Below, in pieces: positions 27,089-36,605 of a DNA stretch of 60,398 nt. Every line of letters starts with the position of its first letter. The stretch's first letter is position 1. This DNA is from a virus, in the UHGV virus genome UHGV-1361177; one strand, 5' to 3'. Made by a program: the position numbers and the translations under genes. The notes beneath the pieces are model-generated. The model was given only the letters and a program-made list of their open reading frames with translations, was not told where the DNA came from and did not search any database.

Positions 27089-28040
27089 TTCTTTTGCCTC
27101 TCAATGGTGTCGTTAATATTTCTTCGATGCTCCAGCCCATTTCTTTTCTGTGCAACAAACAATGTGCATTTACACCTACTATGTCAGCCCATTCAATAAC
27201 TCTATATGATTTTCCATTGTATTTCCAAACTGGTGAACATGATAAATCCTTGCATCTTCGGCTACAATACACAGCATTTTTGTAATGCCCTCCTCTTTTA
27301 GCATTAAATGTTTTTTCGCATATAGGGCAGATTTTCGTATAATCCTTTGTATTAGGATGATTAATGTAATAAAGTTTTCTTGCACAAGTGTTACTACATG
27401 TATCATGACCTTTTCTTGCCAATCTTTCATATTCTTTACCACATACAGGGCATACGACATATTTCTCATTATCTGTCATGGAATTTCTCTTGTTTTTTGC
27501 CTGTACATCATTAGTAACAAATTTACAATTTTCAGGACAATAATTTTTATTAACATCAATTCTATCTATAGTAAGTATATTGATACCCTTGTTTGTTTTC
27601 TCTTCTTTATAGCCGTTTTCAATAGCCCAATCATAGAATGAGCGAAAATCATTTTTCCACTCATCACACATGATTATTCCTCTGCCACCATAATTCTTGT
27701 AATCACGAGAAGTTTTACAATAGCAACGATATTTTATGCTTTTCCATAATGGATACAGCCTACCACATTTACCGGATAAGCCATGTGTTCTATTTAGAGA
27801 ACCAATAATTTGTTTTTGAACGCATCCACATGATTTTGTTTTGCCATTAACGATTTGACTTTTTCTTACTATTGTCTTGTTACCACAATCGCATAAGCCA
27901 TTATATCTAATAGCCCTTTGACCATTTGGATATACAATATCATCCGCTCTGTTAAGAACATACAGCTTTCCGATTTTTTGTCCTATATAGCTTTTCCTTT
28001 CGATTGCCTTTGCTTTTGCAATGTTCCTATAGTTTTGCAT
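27069..28040 (-). CDS. HNH_3-type homing endonuclease (full-length paralog)
   Basis: KNYGGRGIIMCDEW...TIDRIDVNKNYCPENCKFVTND with N-terminal Cys-rich repeats. The ATG overlaps the stop of the upstream small gene (TGATG). Confidence 0.7.
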   Translation of the reverse strand: MQNYRNIAKAKAIERKSYIGQKIGKLYVLNRADDIVYPNGQRAIRYNGLCDCGNKTIVRKSQIVNGKTKSCGCVQKQIIGSLNRTHGLSGKCGRLYPLWKSIKYRCYCKTSRDYKNYGGRGIIMCDEWKNDFRSFYDWAIENGYKEEKTNKGINILTIDRIDVNKNYCPENCKFVTNDVQAKNKRNSMTDNEKYVVCPVCGKEYERLARKGHDTCSNTCARKLYYINHPNTKDYTKICPICEKTFNAKRGGHYKNAVYCSRRCKDLSCSPVWKYNGKSYRVIEWADIVGVNAHCLLHRKEMGWSIEEILTTPLRGKRNVKQEL

Positions 28041-28210
28041 CAATTAACCTCTTTTTGGTACTTATCGCACCACCCAATTTCGCAATTTCTGCTCCTATGG
28101 GTTATAATTATATAATTGCAGCTGACTTCTTTATTGGTATTATGTGTACGGTATTTACAAGTCCGACAAATTTTACGACTTGTTTTAATCATCTGTGTTT
28201 CACTTGGCAT
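28040..28210 (-). CDS. small zinc-finger protein (~55 aa)
   Basis: GGAAGTGACAT then ATG. MPSETQMIKTSRKICRTCKYRTHNTNKEVSCNY... Confidence 0.3.
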   Translation of the reverse strand: MPSETQMIKTSRKICRTCKYRTHNTNKEVSCNYIIITHRSRNCEIGWCDKYQKEVN

Positions 28211-28220
28211 ATGTCACTTC

Positions 28221-28674
28221 CTAATTAAATGGTAATGAATCATCATCCAAATTCTCCGGGATATTCATAAATCCGTCTGGGTCAGCCGAACCACACGGAG
28301 AAGCACCAGGATCAGCCTGCGAAGGTGTACTGTTATTCTGCTGTTTACTTTCACCAAACTCAATCTCTTCTACCACAACATCTGTGGTGTGTACAGTATT
28401 CCCCTCTTTGTTTTTGTAACTTCCGGTCTGAATGCGTCCAAAAACAACGGCTTTCATCCCTTTTCGGAAATATTTTTCGATAAACTCCGCAGTATTTCTA
28501 AACGCAGTACAGTTAATAAAGTCAGCGGTCTGCTGGTCTTTATCTTTTTTTGCAAATCTTCTGTCAACAGCAAGTGAAAACTTCGCCACTGCCATTGACT
28601 GAGCGCCCTGTGTATATCTCACTTCTGGATCATGTGTAAAACGTCCTGTTAAAATTACTTTATTGATAAGTCAT
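28221..28674 (-). CDS. ssb: single-stranded DNA-binding protein, apparently frameshifted just after its start codon
   Basis: OB-fold N-terminus (L)INKVILTGRFTHDPEVRYTQ and acidic tail ENLDDDSLPF. A perfect GGAGGA RBS followed by ATG lies in the +1 frame (ATGACTTATCAATAA); removing one T restores MTINKVILTGR. Confidence 0.7.
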
Positions 28675-29194
28675 TCCTCCTTTTATTGCGACATCTTTCT
28701 AACATATGATGTCTAGCATGTTCCGAAAAAGTCATAAGTTTCAAGTTTTCTTTTCTATTATCATTGCGAACTCCATTTATATGATGTACTACCTCATCAT
28801 CTTTCAGATGCCTACCAATAATACATTCCATTACTAAATCATGTTCCATAACATACCCGTTTTTGCTTGCCTTCGGATAATCCGGAAAATAAATACTTAC
28901 ATATCCATCTGACCTAATCTTTTTATGCCCTATTCCACCAATCTTTTTGCTTTCAGACATTTTCCTTCTGGATTCTTCCGAAACAGTCTTATTAGTATGT
29001 GCTTTACTTATTCGTTCTCTTGCAGATTGAGGATATTCCCAACCTTGCTGTTTTAAGTTTTTAAATACTTCTTTTGCTGTTCTTGATTTAATATCATATT
29101 TTTTCATGTAGTTATACACTGTTCCAACACCAATATGTAACTCTTTTGCAATCTCATGCATGGGTTTCTTATGAACTATATATAGTTCATACAA
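28655..29194 (-). CDS. HNH endonuclease with an N-terminal HTH
   Basis: HHINGVRNDNRKENLKLMTFSEHARHH plus HEIAKELHIGVGTVYNYMKKY. Confidence 0.7.
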   Translation of the reverse strand: MYELYIVHKKPMHEIAKELHIGVGTVYNYMKKYDIKSRTAKEVFKNLKQQGWEYPQSARERISKAHTNKTVSEESRRKMSESKKIGGIGHKKIRSDGYVSIYFPDYPKASKNGYVMEHDLVMECIIGRHLKDDEVVHHINGVRNDNRKENLKLMTFSEHARHHMLERCRNKRRNDLSIK

Positions 29195-29236
29195 AGCTTC
29201 CTTAGATAAATTCGTATTAGCCCACCCCTCCCTTTG

Positions 29237-29956
29237 TCAAAACGGGCATTCGCCCGGATTTTTTAATTCCCAGCATTTACCTGGTTCTGCAACATCTACA
29301 TTTACTCTGGGAACCACTGCTTTCATCTTCTCGATAAATTTAGCAGCATCTGCATTTTCGTTTGACAAATGGCACATAATCACATTTTGTAACTGATCTG
29401 ATGCATTAGCTTTCACAAAATCACAAGCTGTATCAATGCTCATGTGTCCACGGACAACATGGTTCGTTTTTGCACCGTCACCAGGCAACAATTGCGGATC
29501 GTAATTGACACCAAGCAGAATGTGATTTACATTCTTGAACCGCCACTTAATCAATTCTGTGTCAGTTACATAAATCATTGTTCCCATCTCCGGGTGCTGA
29601 ATCCAAAAGCCGTAACACTGGCATTCAGAGCCATCACCGTTCGTGTGCATCCATTTGTCAGTTAAGTCAGTTAAGTCAAATGCCCTCACTTTCCACGGAG
29701 CTTTGAATTTCACGCCATCATTCCTGTATGGTGCAAATATTTGTACCCCAATGTTTTCTAGGTCATTCATCGATTTATTGTGATCTTTATGTTCGTGGGT
29801 GACTATACATCCAAAAACATGTCTTAAATCCCAATTCAAGCCTTTTTTAATTTCTACTAGCCGCAAACCAGAATCTAATATAAGTGTTTCTTCAGTATTC
29901 GTTGTTAAAAGATAACAATTCCCAGAAGATCCAGTCCCAATAATTTTCAACCTCAT
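29237..29956 (-). CDS. metallo-beta-lactamase-fold hydrolase
   Basis: The HxHxDH-type motif VTHEHKDHN plus downstream His/Asp ligands. Confidence 0.75.
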   Translation of the reverse strand: MRLKIIGTGSSGNCYLLTTNTEETLILDSGLRLVEIKKGLNWDLRHVFGCIVTHEHKDHNKSMNDLENIGVQIFAPYRNDGVKFKAPWKVRAFDLTDLTDKWMHTNGDGSECQCYGFWIQHPEMGTMIYVTDTELIKWRFKNVNHILLGVNYDPQLLPGDGAKTNHVVRGHMSIDTACDFVKANASDQLQNVIMCHLSNENADAAKFIEKMKAVVPRVNVDVAEPGKCWELKNPGECPF

Positions 29957-30145
29957 ACTACGCGGCTTTACCGGTATTCTTCCGGTCTTTTCTTTCCAGG
30001 TACAGCTTCACCAGTGTGTAGGTCTGGCGAAGGAACAGGCTGTCTTCTATGTGGCTTATGTTCTGGATGATGTACTGCTTTACATGTTTGTTATTCATAG
30101 GCTACCTCATTTAAATTTCAGTTTTACTGCATAACGTTATTAATT

Positions 30146-30319
30146 TTATGCAACTTTATCCTCTGCCTCCAGGAAGGCTGCAACAGCCTTTTTTATCAGC
30201 CACGCTATGGTTCTTTCATTCTTCTGGCAGTAAGCCACTACTTGCCGGAGCTGCACAGAATCCATGCTCACGCTCTGTCTGACGGCTTTATCTTCTGCTT
30301 TCTTCTTCGGTCTTGCCAT
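30146..30319 (-). CDS. small ribbon-helix-helix protein (57 aa)
   Basis: GGAGGTAGTGAT then ATG. MARPKKKAEDKAVRQSVSMDSVQLRQVVAYCQKNERTIAWLIKKAVAAFLE. Confidence 0.45.
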   Translation of the reverse strand: MARPKKKAEDKAVRQSVSMDSVQLRQVVAYCQKNERTIAWLIKKAVAAFLEAEDKVA

Positions 30320-30368
30320 ATCACTACCTCCCTTTCCGTATGCTTATTAAATTTTGGGTTATTTCAGT

Positions 30369-31316
30369 TTAATCATAGTAACTTTTTACAATTAGTTTTA
30401 TCGCATCAAGAAACGGTGCTATACTAATTCCTTCCATTTTGCATACCATTTTCTCAAAATCCAATTCTCTTTTTAGCCTTATCAAAAAACTTTTTCTCGC
30501 CCCTTTATCTAACTCTATTGGGTCAATTTTTTCTTTTTCAATTTCATCCGGTAAATAGGTCGATGGAGATAATATAAAACCATTTTCTTTAATTTCCGAA
30601 TACGGAACTACTATTGTTCTCTCGCCCCGTTCAAAAGTAATATTTGTCACATTGCGATTTTTCTTCAAAACAATTATACATGTTCCAATAGTCGTATCTT
30701 CAAATGTATTCCCGGGTATTTCCACCACTCTGTCTATGTAGTTCTCTTCTACAAACCATCGGCGGACAATTCCTTCTTTTTGCCCCCGGTATAAAATTCC
30801 AGGAAACTCCAAAATCACTGCTACACCTTTATCATCTAAATGATGCAAAATATGAAGAATAAAGGCCCAGTCAGCTTTTGAAGGCGGTGGCAATGCTGGA
30901 CATTTTTGAAATCGCTCATCCTCTGCCAGTGTTGCTGGATTGTATTTTACAGAAAATGGTGGATTTGCCACAATGCATTCAAATTTTTTACCTTTAAATC
31001 CGTCGTCCATCAACGTATCTCCAGCATATCCGGTAAAATTCGGAAGTCGGACCAACTCTAACTGTTCCTTGTCCAGTTCCTGCCCGTATTTTTTGATGTT
31101 ATCTCCCCATACACTTAACAGGCTTCCAGCTCCGCATGTTGGATCATAAACGTTTTTTGGTTCTATATCCACATACGTTTTTAGTCTTTCTGCAAGTGCC
31201 TTTGGAGTATAAAAAATGCCTTTATCTTTAAATTCTTGGCGAACATTTTTGATGCTCTTTTGCCTCATGAACCACCATGCCCCTTTGTTTTCTTTCCCGT
31301 TACATGATGCCAGCAT
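30369..31316 (-). CDS. N6-adenine DNA methyltransferase (orphan, no adjacent restriction gene)
   Basis: Motif I DPTCGAGSLL and motif IV VANPPF. Confidence 0.8.
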   Translation of the reverse strand: MLASCNGKENKGAWWFMRQKSIKNVRQEFKDKGIFYTPKALAERLKTYVDIEPKNVYDPTCGAGSLLSVWGDNIKKYGQELDKEQLELVRLPNFTGYAGDTLMDDGFKGKKFECIVANPPFSVKYNPATLAEDERFQKCPALPPPSKADWAFILHILHHLDDKGVAVILEFPGILYRGQKEGIVRRWFVEENYIDRVVEIPGNTFEDTTIGTCIIVLKKNRNVTNITFERGERTIVVPYSEIKENGFILSPSTYLPDEIEKEKIDPIELDKGARKSFLIRLKRELDFEKMVCKMEGISIAPFLDAIKLIVKSYYD

Positions 31317-31567
31317 GCTTCATTTTTTACTATCTCAGCCTTAATTGCTGCTGATTCTGGCATCTGGAAAATATTTACTTTTCCTACTTCTTTCGCCATC
31401 ATTTCCAGGGTCTTCTTACACTCTTCTAGTGAATCGTAACGTCCCAGTTGACACCCACGCCCATTTTTAAAGTCAGCTTTGATGGTAATACCATCCGAAC
31501 CGACATAAATAACTGTTGTACTGTCAGTATTTACGATTGCCTTTTTATCTTTGCTTATAATAAACAT
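31265..31567 (-). CDS. hypothetical protein
   Basis: MFIISKDKKAIVNTD...; the start overlaps the TTAAGATTTG...GGAGG motif. Confidence 0.35.
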   Translation of the reverse strand: MFIISKDKKAIVNTDSTTVIYVGSDGITIKADFKNGRGCQLGRYDSLEECKKTLEMMAKEVGKVNIFQMPESAAIKAEIVKNEACWHHVTGKKTKGHGGS

Positions 31568-31590
31568 TTCTCCTCCATGCAAATCTTAAG

Positions 31591-31728
31591 TTAATCCTCT
31601 TTCCACTCAATCGGTTCTCCGCATATCTGACAAAAATTCTGTCCCAATTCAATTTCTTTGTTGCCGCAAATTGGGCATTCATAGCCAAAAATACCGTTAT
31701 TGATGATATCTACTTTGATTTCTGCCAT
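31591..31728 (-). CDS. small zinc-ribbon protein (45 aa)
   Basis: GGAGGAGAAAAGT then ATG. MAEIKVDIINNGIFGYECPICGNKEIELGQNFCQICGEPIEWKED. Confidence 0.4.
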   Translation of the reverse strand: MAEIKVDIINNGIFGYECPICGNKEIELGQNFCQICGEPIEWKED

Positions 31729-32093
31729 ACTTTTCTCCTCCAAATCCTAATATACAAATAGCTCAATCAATATCTCCAGAATCGTCATCATTCCAATATA
31801 TTGAAAAGCTTGCAACATGCATTTTTACTATTTTTTCATATCCTGCAGCTTCTTCTTCAGAAAGCTCTTTGTTTACAATGGAAGGATGTTCAAGTTGGGT
31901 AATTCCGTATTTATTACGGATTTGCTCACGTGTCATAAAAAGCTCCTTATATTAGCGATGATACCAAACCATCTTACCATCAGCCCTCTTTTATGCAGTT
32001 CCAGTGCCTCATCTATTGCAATTTGTTTTATGATCATTGCCCTTCTCCTTTTTATTCAACGGACACCATCTCGGTGCGGTTTTAATAGTTAAT

Positions 32094-32396
32094 TTACCTT
32101 CCTTGTGTTTCCACAACATTCAATATTTTTTCAACTGCCTTTTCCCAAAAATACCGGGCAAAATCTTCAACTGTACAAACAACATCTTCGTCTAAATCTA
32201 TGACGGTCGCATCATCGCATTGGCAACAATGGCAGCCATTTTCTTGCAAAACTTCGTCGGCTATTTCTCGAACAATTTCTGCTGTTCCGCTAAATTCGCA
32301 CCCCAACGAGCAAAGCTCTCTCAGTTCTTCCATATCCTTTTTTGATAATTTTGCCACTATTATTTCTCCCTCCAAATTCTTAATTGTCTGCTGCAT
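32094..32396 (-). CDS. hypothetical protein
   Basis: 100 aa ORF with its own RBS. Confidence 0.4.
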   Translation of the reverse strand: MQQTIKNLEGEIIVAKLSKKDMEELRELCSLGCEFSGTAEIVREIADEVLQENGCHCCQCDDATVIDLDEDVVCTVEDFARYFWEKAVEKILNVVETQGR

Positions 32397-32616
32397 GTTT
32401 TAAGCCTTGTCTATAGCCTAATACAAATTCTACTCCCACTTCGCAGCCACAATTTTTACATCTATACTTTCCAAATCTGCTACCATCTACAAAATCATGC
32501 CTTTTGCAATTATCTCTTTTTACGCTATTTTCGTTAATTTTTTGCATGATTTCTATCTGTGCTGGATCCAGTCCTCTACTTTTTGCTTTTTCGATATCAA
32601 ACATTTCACACCTCAA
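32380..32616 (-). CDS. hypothetical Cys-containing protein
   Basis: CKNCGCEV. Upstream TTAAGATTTGAGG motif. Confidence 0.3.
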   Translation of the reverse strand: MRCEMFDIEKAKSRGLDPAQIEIMQKINENSVKRDNCKRHDFVDGSRFGKYRCKNCGCEVGVEFVLGYRQGLKHAADN

Positions 32617-33014
32617 ATCTTAATACTCTCATAAGTCTTTTCAAAGATATCCGGTTTGCATGGATACAGTTCACCGTTGACACCCTGAATCACATAATCT
32701 CCTATGGAGACGTGGTGAATACCTTCCAGAGTTTCGATAAAAAGCTCACACGGCGGAGCGCCGCAGCTTTCAGAACTATAATACATGACGCCCTTTTCGT
32801 AAGCTTCAACCGCCCAGGCTGGTACATACCAGCTACCATCACGGTCTTTTAAATCTCCATCATACTGAAATGCTTCAATAACCACGGGTTTCTTTCTATA
32901 TTTAGCCATAATATTTCCTCCAAATCTTAAAATTACGTTACTCCCAAGCAAATTTTTCATGCCATATCTCTGATTTTTCAAGCGGCGCAAAATTACTGCG
33001 ACACCGCTTTGCAT
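32613..33014 (-). CDS. hypothetical protein (probable start MAKYRKKPVV)
   Basis: ORF with the upstream TTAAGATTTGGAGG motif. Confidence 0.35.
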   Translation of the reverse strand: MQSGVAVILRRLKNQRYGMKNLLGSNVILRFGGNIMAKYRKKPVVIEAFQYDGDLKDRDGSWYVPAWAVEAYEKGVMYYSSESCGAPPCELFIETLEGIHHVSIGDYVIQGVNGELYPCKPDIFEKTYESIKI

Positions 33015-33126
33015 CTCCCTTTTCTCGGTGGTTCGGTCTTGGATCTATATCCGCGCCGCACCATACATAATCATCGGCATCTTGTAGTAACTTGCACCTG
33101 CTGCATTGGTATGCAATCATTGCCAT
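32938..33126 (-). CDS. hypothetical small protein
   Basis: 62 aa ORF. Confidence 0.25.
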   Translation of the reverse strand: MAMIAYQCSRCKLLQDADDYVWCGADIDPRPNHREKGDAKRCRSNFAPLEKSEIWHEKFAWE

Positions 33127-33370
33127 TCACATCATCTCCAAATCTGAATATTCTCATTACATATTACCTCACTTCTAACTGACTTTTGTAAGTCCATCTA
33201 CAGCATAGCAACCTCTAAATCCATCAAGCCATACAGATAAAGTTCCACACACCTCTGTAGGCTCTGTTGTTACGATAAATTCTTTTCCTTTATTTTTTTC
33301 CGACACATAATATTTGTCATTCATAATTACTCTGTCGCCTTTTTTTATCATCTTTCTACCTCACTAAATC

Positions 33371-33577
33371 TTAATTTAACCGCATATTTCCATTCGCGAA
33401 TTTATAACATTCTGTCAAATGTCTCAAATCTTCTTTATGAGCTTTTACCACGGGATGTTGATACGCTTCTTCCATCGTAATTCCATGATCTCTTGCAAAC
33501 TGCATGGTAAATTTGCTATGTTCGCCGAGATACGGATTCTCTTCTATGTCTTTATCATATCTTCCCACTGCTATCAT
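33371..33577 (-). CDS. hypothetical small protein
   Basis: 68 aa with the upstream TTAAGATTGGAGG motif. Confidence 0.35.
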   Translation of the reverse strand: MIAVGRYDKDIEENPYLGEHSKFTMQFARDHGITMEEAYQHPVVKAHKEDLRHLTECYKFANGNMRLN

Positions 33578-33586
33578 CCTCCAATC

Positions 33587-33862
33587 TTAAAACTCAATTA
33601 CTCCATCTGGGTCTTCCAGATCTGCAGTATTGTCTTCGTACTCGCATCTGGAGATGAGGGTTATATTTTCCACCGGGACTTTGCAGGTTTTCGCAAATCC
33701 AGCCTTCCACTCTTCTGCCATCACCGGAAGATTCACGCTTCCTAAATTTTCTGTGTCAAAATCAAACGCCATCATCGCATAACCTTCGCTTTTCGGTCCA
33801 CCGTATAAGTCAGCGCCTATGATCTTGTAATACATACTTAATGTTACTTGTACTGTATTCAT
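33587..33862 (-). CDS. hypothetical protein
   Basis: 91 aa with upstream ACTGAAAGTTAAGATTGGGAG. Confidence 0.4.
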   Translation of the reverse strand: MNTVQVTLSMYYKIIGADLYGGPKSEGYAMMAFDFDTENLGSVNLPVMAEEWKAGFAKTCKVPVENITLISRCEYEDNTADLEDPDGVIEF

Positions 33863-33978
33863 CTTTGCTCTCCCAATCTTAACTTTCAGTTTAATATTTC
33901 AATTTGAGATTTTTCCATAGCTGGTAACATTTCTTACAAGCCAAACCTGGATTTTTTTCTATTTCTTCAGTATCAATT

Positions 33979-34278
33979 TCAGTTTTCCATATCAAGCTCT
34001 TCGCAAATTTCCTCGTAATACCTCTTTTCATCCGCAAAATGGTCGTACACCATTTCCTCTACCATCATTTTGGCATCATGCTCACACATTTCCTTGCCGG
34101 TCAGCAAGTCCCAGTATGTATCGAGCACATTCGATGTTGTAAACCAATCTCCCTCTGAATCTCTAAACAACGCCACTATGACTTTGGGATCATCTCCATG
34201 ATGCCCGAACACAAGCGTGTGAACCACTGCGCCGGATGGTTCTTTGCTCTCTACCCACTTTTTCATAGTATCCTCCAA
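33979..34278 (-). CDS. hypothetical protein
   Basis: 99 aa with upstream ACTGAAAGTTAAGATTTGGAGG. Confidence 0.4.
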   Translation of the reverse strand: MEDTMKKWVESKEPSGAVVHTLVFGHHGDDPKVIVALFRDSEGDWFTTSNVLDTYWDLLTGKEMCEHDAKMMVEEMVYDHFADEKRYYEEICEELDMEN

Positions 34279-34292
34279 ATCTTAACTTTCAG

Positions 34293-34583
34293 TTAATACA
34301 TTGTTTCTATATCCTTATCTGCAGGAAACTGGAACACGCAATTTTTATTATAAAATCCATTTTCAAATTCTACACTTTCTCTTAACCACGACTTTCTCAA
34401 CATTTCCATAGCCTTAAGAGCTCTTTCTTTTGTAGAATACTGCCCTAATGTTGTAACTTCTTTATCTCCAGATAACTGTATTGATACAGCACTTTTGTTT
34501 ATTGGGTTAAGAAAAATCACGCTTTTATCATACGGATAATCCAGACGCCCATCCTGTGAAACTACTCTCATATTTCCCTCCAC
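34293..34583 (-). CDS. hypothetical protein
   Basis: 96 aa with upstream ACTGAAAGATTAAGATTTTGTGGAGGG. Confidence 0.4.
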   Translation of the reverse strand: MEGNMRVVSQDGRLDYPYDKSVIFLNPINKSAVSIQLSGDKEVTTLGQYSTKERALKAMEMLRKSWLRESVEFENGFYNKNCVFQFPADKDIETMY

Positions 34584-34589
34584 AAAATC

Positions 34590-34877
34590 TTAATCTTTCA
34601 GTTCTTCTATGGCTTTTTTATATTTCTGTACCATTTTATTGAAAAACTTAGCCATTTCTACAAGAGCTTTCTCCTTTGCTTCATTCATATCTTCCGTTTT
34701 CAAAGGTACGTTGCTAATATTCAATTCATAGCATGATAACAGCCATTCATTGCCATAATCTATATGTTTATGAACCCAAAACTTAATTCCATTAGCCTCA
34801 TTTTCTAATACACGTATTTCTCTTTTTACGTCATTTCGACTATACGTAGTAATATCTTTATACATCTTTCCCTCCAC
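34590..34877 (-). CDS. hypothetical protein
   Basis: 95 aa with upstream TTTAGGATTTAGTGGAGGG. Confidence 0.4.
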   Translation of the reverse strand: MEGKMYKDITTYSRNDVKREIRVLENEANGIKFWVHKHIDYGNEWLLSCYELNISNVPLKTEDMNEAKEKALVEMAKFFNKMVQKYKKAIEELKD

Positions 34878-34920
34878 TAAATCCTAAATTAGGATATCTC
34901 ATCATCTTTCCTTCCTGCAT

Positions 34921-35145
34921 CTAATGACTTATAACTTCTGTACAAATATCGAACAGACCACACCCTCTATTTTCAATAATGCCATCGACACCATTTTTAT
35001 TAAGTTCTTCTTGCCGTTTTAAAGCTTTTCTTTCAGATGTCCATACACTGTCGATAACATAATAACTATCATCGGCAAATCCACAAGCCATAACGATGTA
35101 TACTACATTCTGCATTTTTTCACTTCCTCTACATAATCTGGACAC
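34921..35145 (-). CDS. hypothetical protein, coupled to an upstream 51-aa Cys-rich ORF (~35108..35263)
   Basis: ATGCAGAATGTAG overlap. The upstream ORF reads MCKRECTFGSQYCCLECPSNDTCGFQCDY... Confidence 0.35.
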   Translation of the reverse strand: MSRLCRGSEKMQNVVYIVMACGFADDSYYVIDSVWTSERKALKRQEELNKNGVDGIIENRGCGLFDICTEVISH

Positions 35146-35266
35146 TCTACCGCATACTCGTAAGCATCTATATAGTCACACTGAAACCCGCAAGTATCAT
35201 TTGAAGGGCACTCTAGGCAACAGTACTGTGATCCGAATGTACATTCCCTTTTACACATACTGTTCC

Positions 35267-36010
35267 TCACTTCATAAAATCCGGCATTGCCTGCTGGCCG
35301 TCTGGTTCGGTTACTGTTTCCGGTTCTTCTGGTTCAAAATCAACCATATTGGCATTGGCTGCAATTTCTTTTTGAGCCTGCATCTGCATTTCTTCCACTG
35401 GATATTCCTTAAAGTCGTTGTCCTGCATTTCCTCTTTTGTATACAGTCCCATAGTCAGTTCTGGGCAATTAAGGCTAGAAAAGAAAGATGCAGCTCTGTA
35501 ACGAAGCATCAGCTGTGGCATGGTTTTCCATTTACTCCCATTTTTAGAAAGCCAGCCTTCATCTTTTGCCATATCCATATCAACAGTCATACCTTCAACT
35601 CGTCTGCCGTTCTTCATTGTCCATGCCATGCAAGAAAATGGCTTTCCGTCCTTGCCCTTCGTTTCCTCAAACTGCAATTCCATGTCAAATTTTCCAGAAT
35701 TGTTAATAGCTGCAATCAAGAATTTAGAACTCCATGACGGTCTTCCCTGGATAACATAAAGATTCTGCATAACCATAAGCGGACTAACCTTAAGCCGATT
35801 GGCCTGCTCTATTGCAATTAAACAGTTTGCATCATTTCTCTGAAATGTAGCCGGAACAATTGTAGAACTCGAAAGCGCTTTAGCCATTTGCATAGCCATA
35901 ATGAAGTTATCTGACGTTCCAAAAATTCCAAGGCTGTAGTCTGTCACCTTGTTTCTTGCCTGAACTACCTCTTTCTTTTCCTCTGATACTGCCATCTGTG
36001 TATCTGTCAT
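35267..36010 (-). CDS. recT: RecT-family single-strand annealing recombinase
   Basis: CLIAIEQANRLKVSPLMVMQNLYVIQGRPSWSSKFLIAAINNSGKF. Confidence 0.8.
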   Translation of the reverse strand: MTDTQMAVSEEKKEVVQARNKVTDYSLGIFGTSDNFIMAMQMAKALSSSTIVPATFQRNDANCLIAIEQANRLKVSPLMVMQNLYVIQGRPSWSSKFLIAAINNSGKFDMELQFEETKGKDGKPFSCMAWTMKNGRRVEGMTVDMDMAKDEGWLSKNGSKWKTMPQLMLRYRAASFFSSLNCPELTMGLYTKEEMQDNDFKEYPVEEMQMQAQKEIAANANMVDFEPEEPETVTEPDGQQAMPDFMK

Positions 36011-36060
36011 CTATTTTTCCTCCAATAATTCTTTTACATATAAATCCATCGAATATAACA

Positions 36061-36393
36061 TTAGCATTTTCTTGAATATCTTTTATCAATAGGCGTACTC
36101 AATGCCTTATCAATGCTCCATCCCATATGTAATCTCTTTGCTAACGAATCTCTGGAAATCCCTATAATTCTAGCCCATTCAGATATGCTTTTTTTCTTTC
36201 CGTTATACTCAATAAATTTCGCATGTCTGCTATTATTGTTTTGAACCAAACTAGTTACCCATCTACAATTTTCTGGACAATAGTTTCCATTATTATCAAT
36301 TCTGTCAATAGTTAATTCTTCCGAATATCCGTTTTTCAATGCCCAATCTAAAAAATTTACAAATCCATTTTCTCCTAGCCATTGATCGCACAT
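36061..36393 (-). pseudogene. N-terminally truncated HNH_3 homing endonuclease remnant
   Basis: The frame is open for a further ~40 codons upstream (KNTDFLTQGYIVYTTILKSRCYKTYAKEYENYGGRGIGMCDQW) with no start codon. It matches only the C-terminal half of the 27069 and 20441 paralogs. Confidence 0.5.
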
Positions 36394-36605
36394 TCCAATT
36401 CCTCTTCCACCATAATTTTCATATTCTTTCGCATACGTTTTATAACATCTACTTTTAATATTGTTGTATATACGATATAACCTTGAGTCAGAAAATCCGT
36501 GTTTTTTATTAAATCTATTTCCCGTACCTAATCACCTCCTGCAAGGTATGCTCCGCCAGTTCTTTTGCTTTAAGAATCACCTTTAAGTCGGTTTCTGCCA
36601 TTTAC

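Noticed and set aside
35096-35737. 213-aa plus-strand ORF opposite recT
   Set aside because: Antisense to a confidently identified RecT gene, with no RBS.
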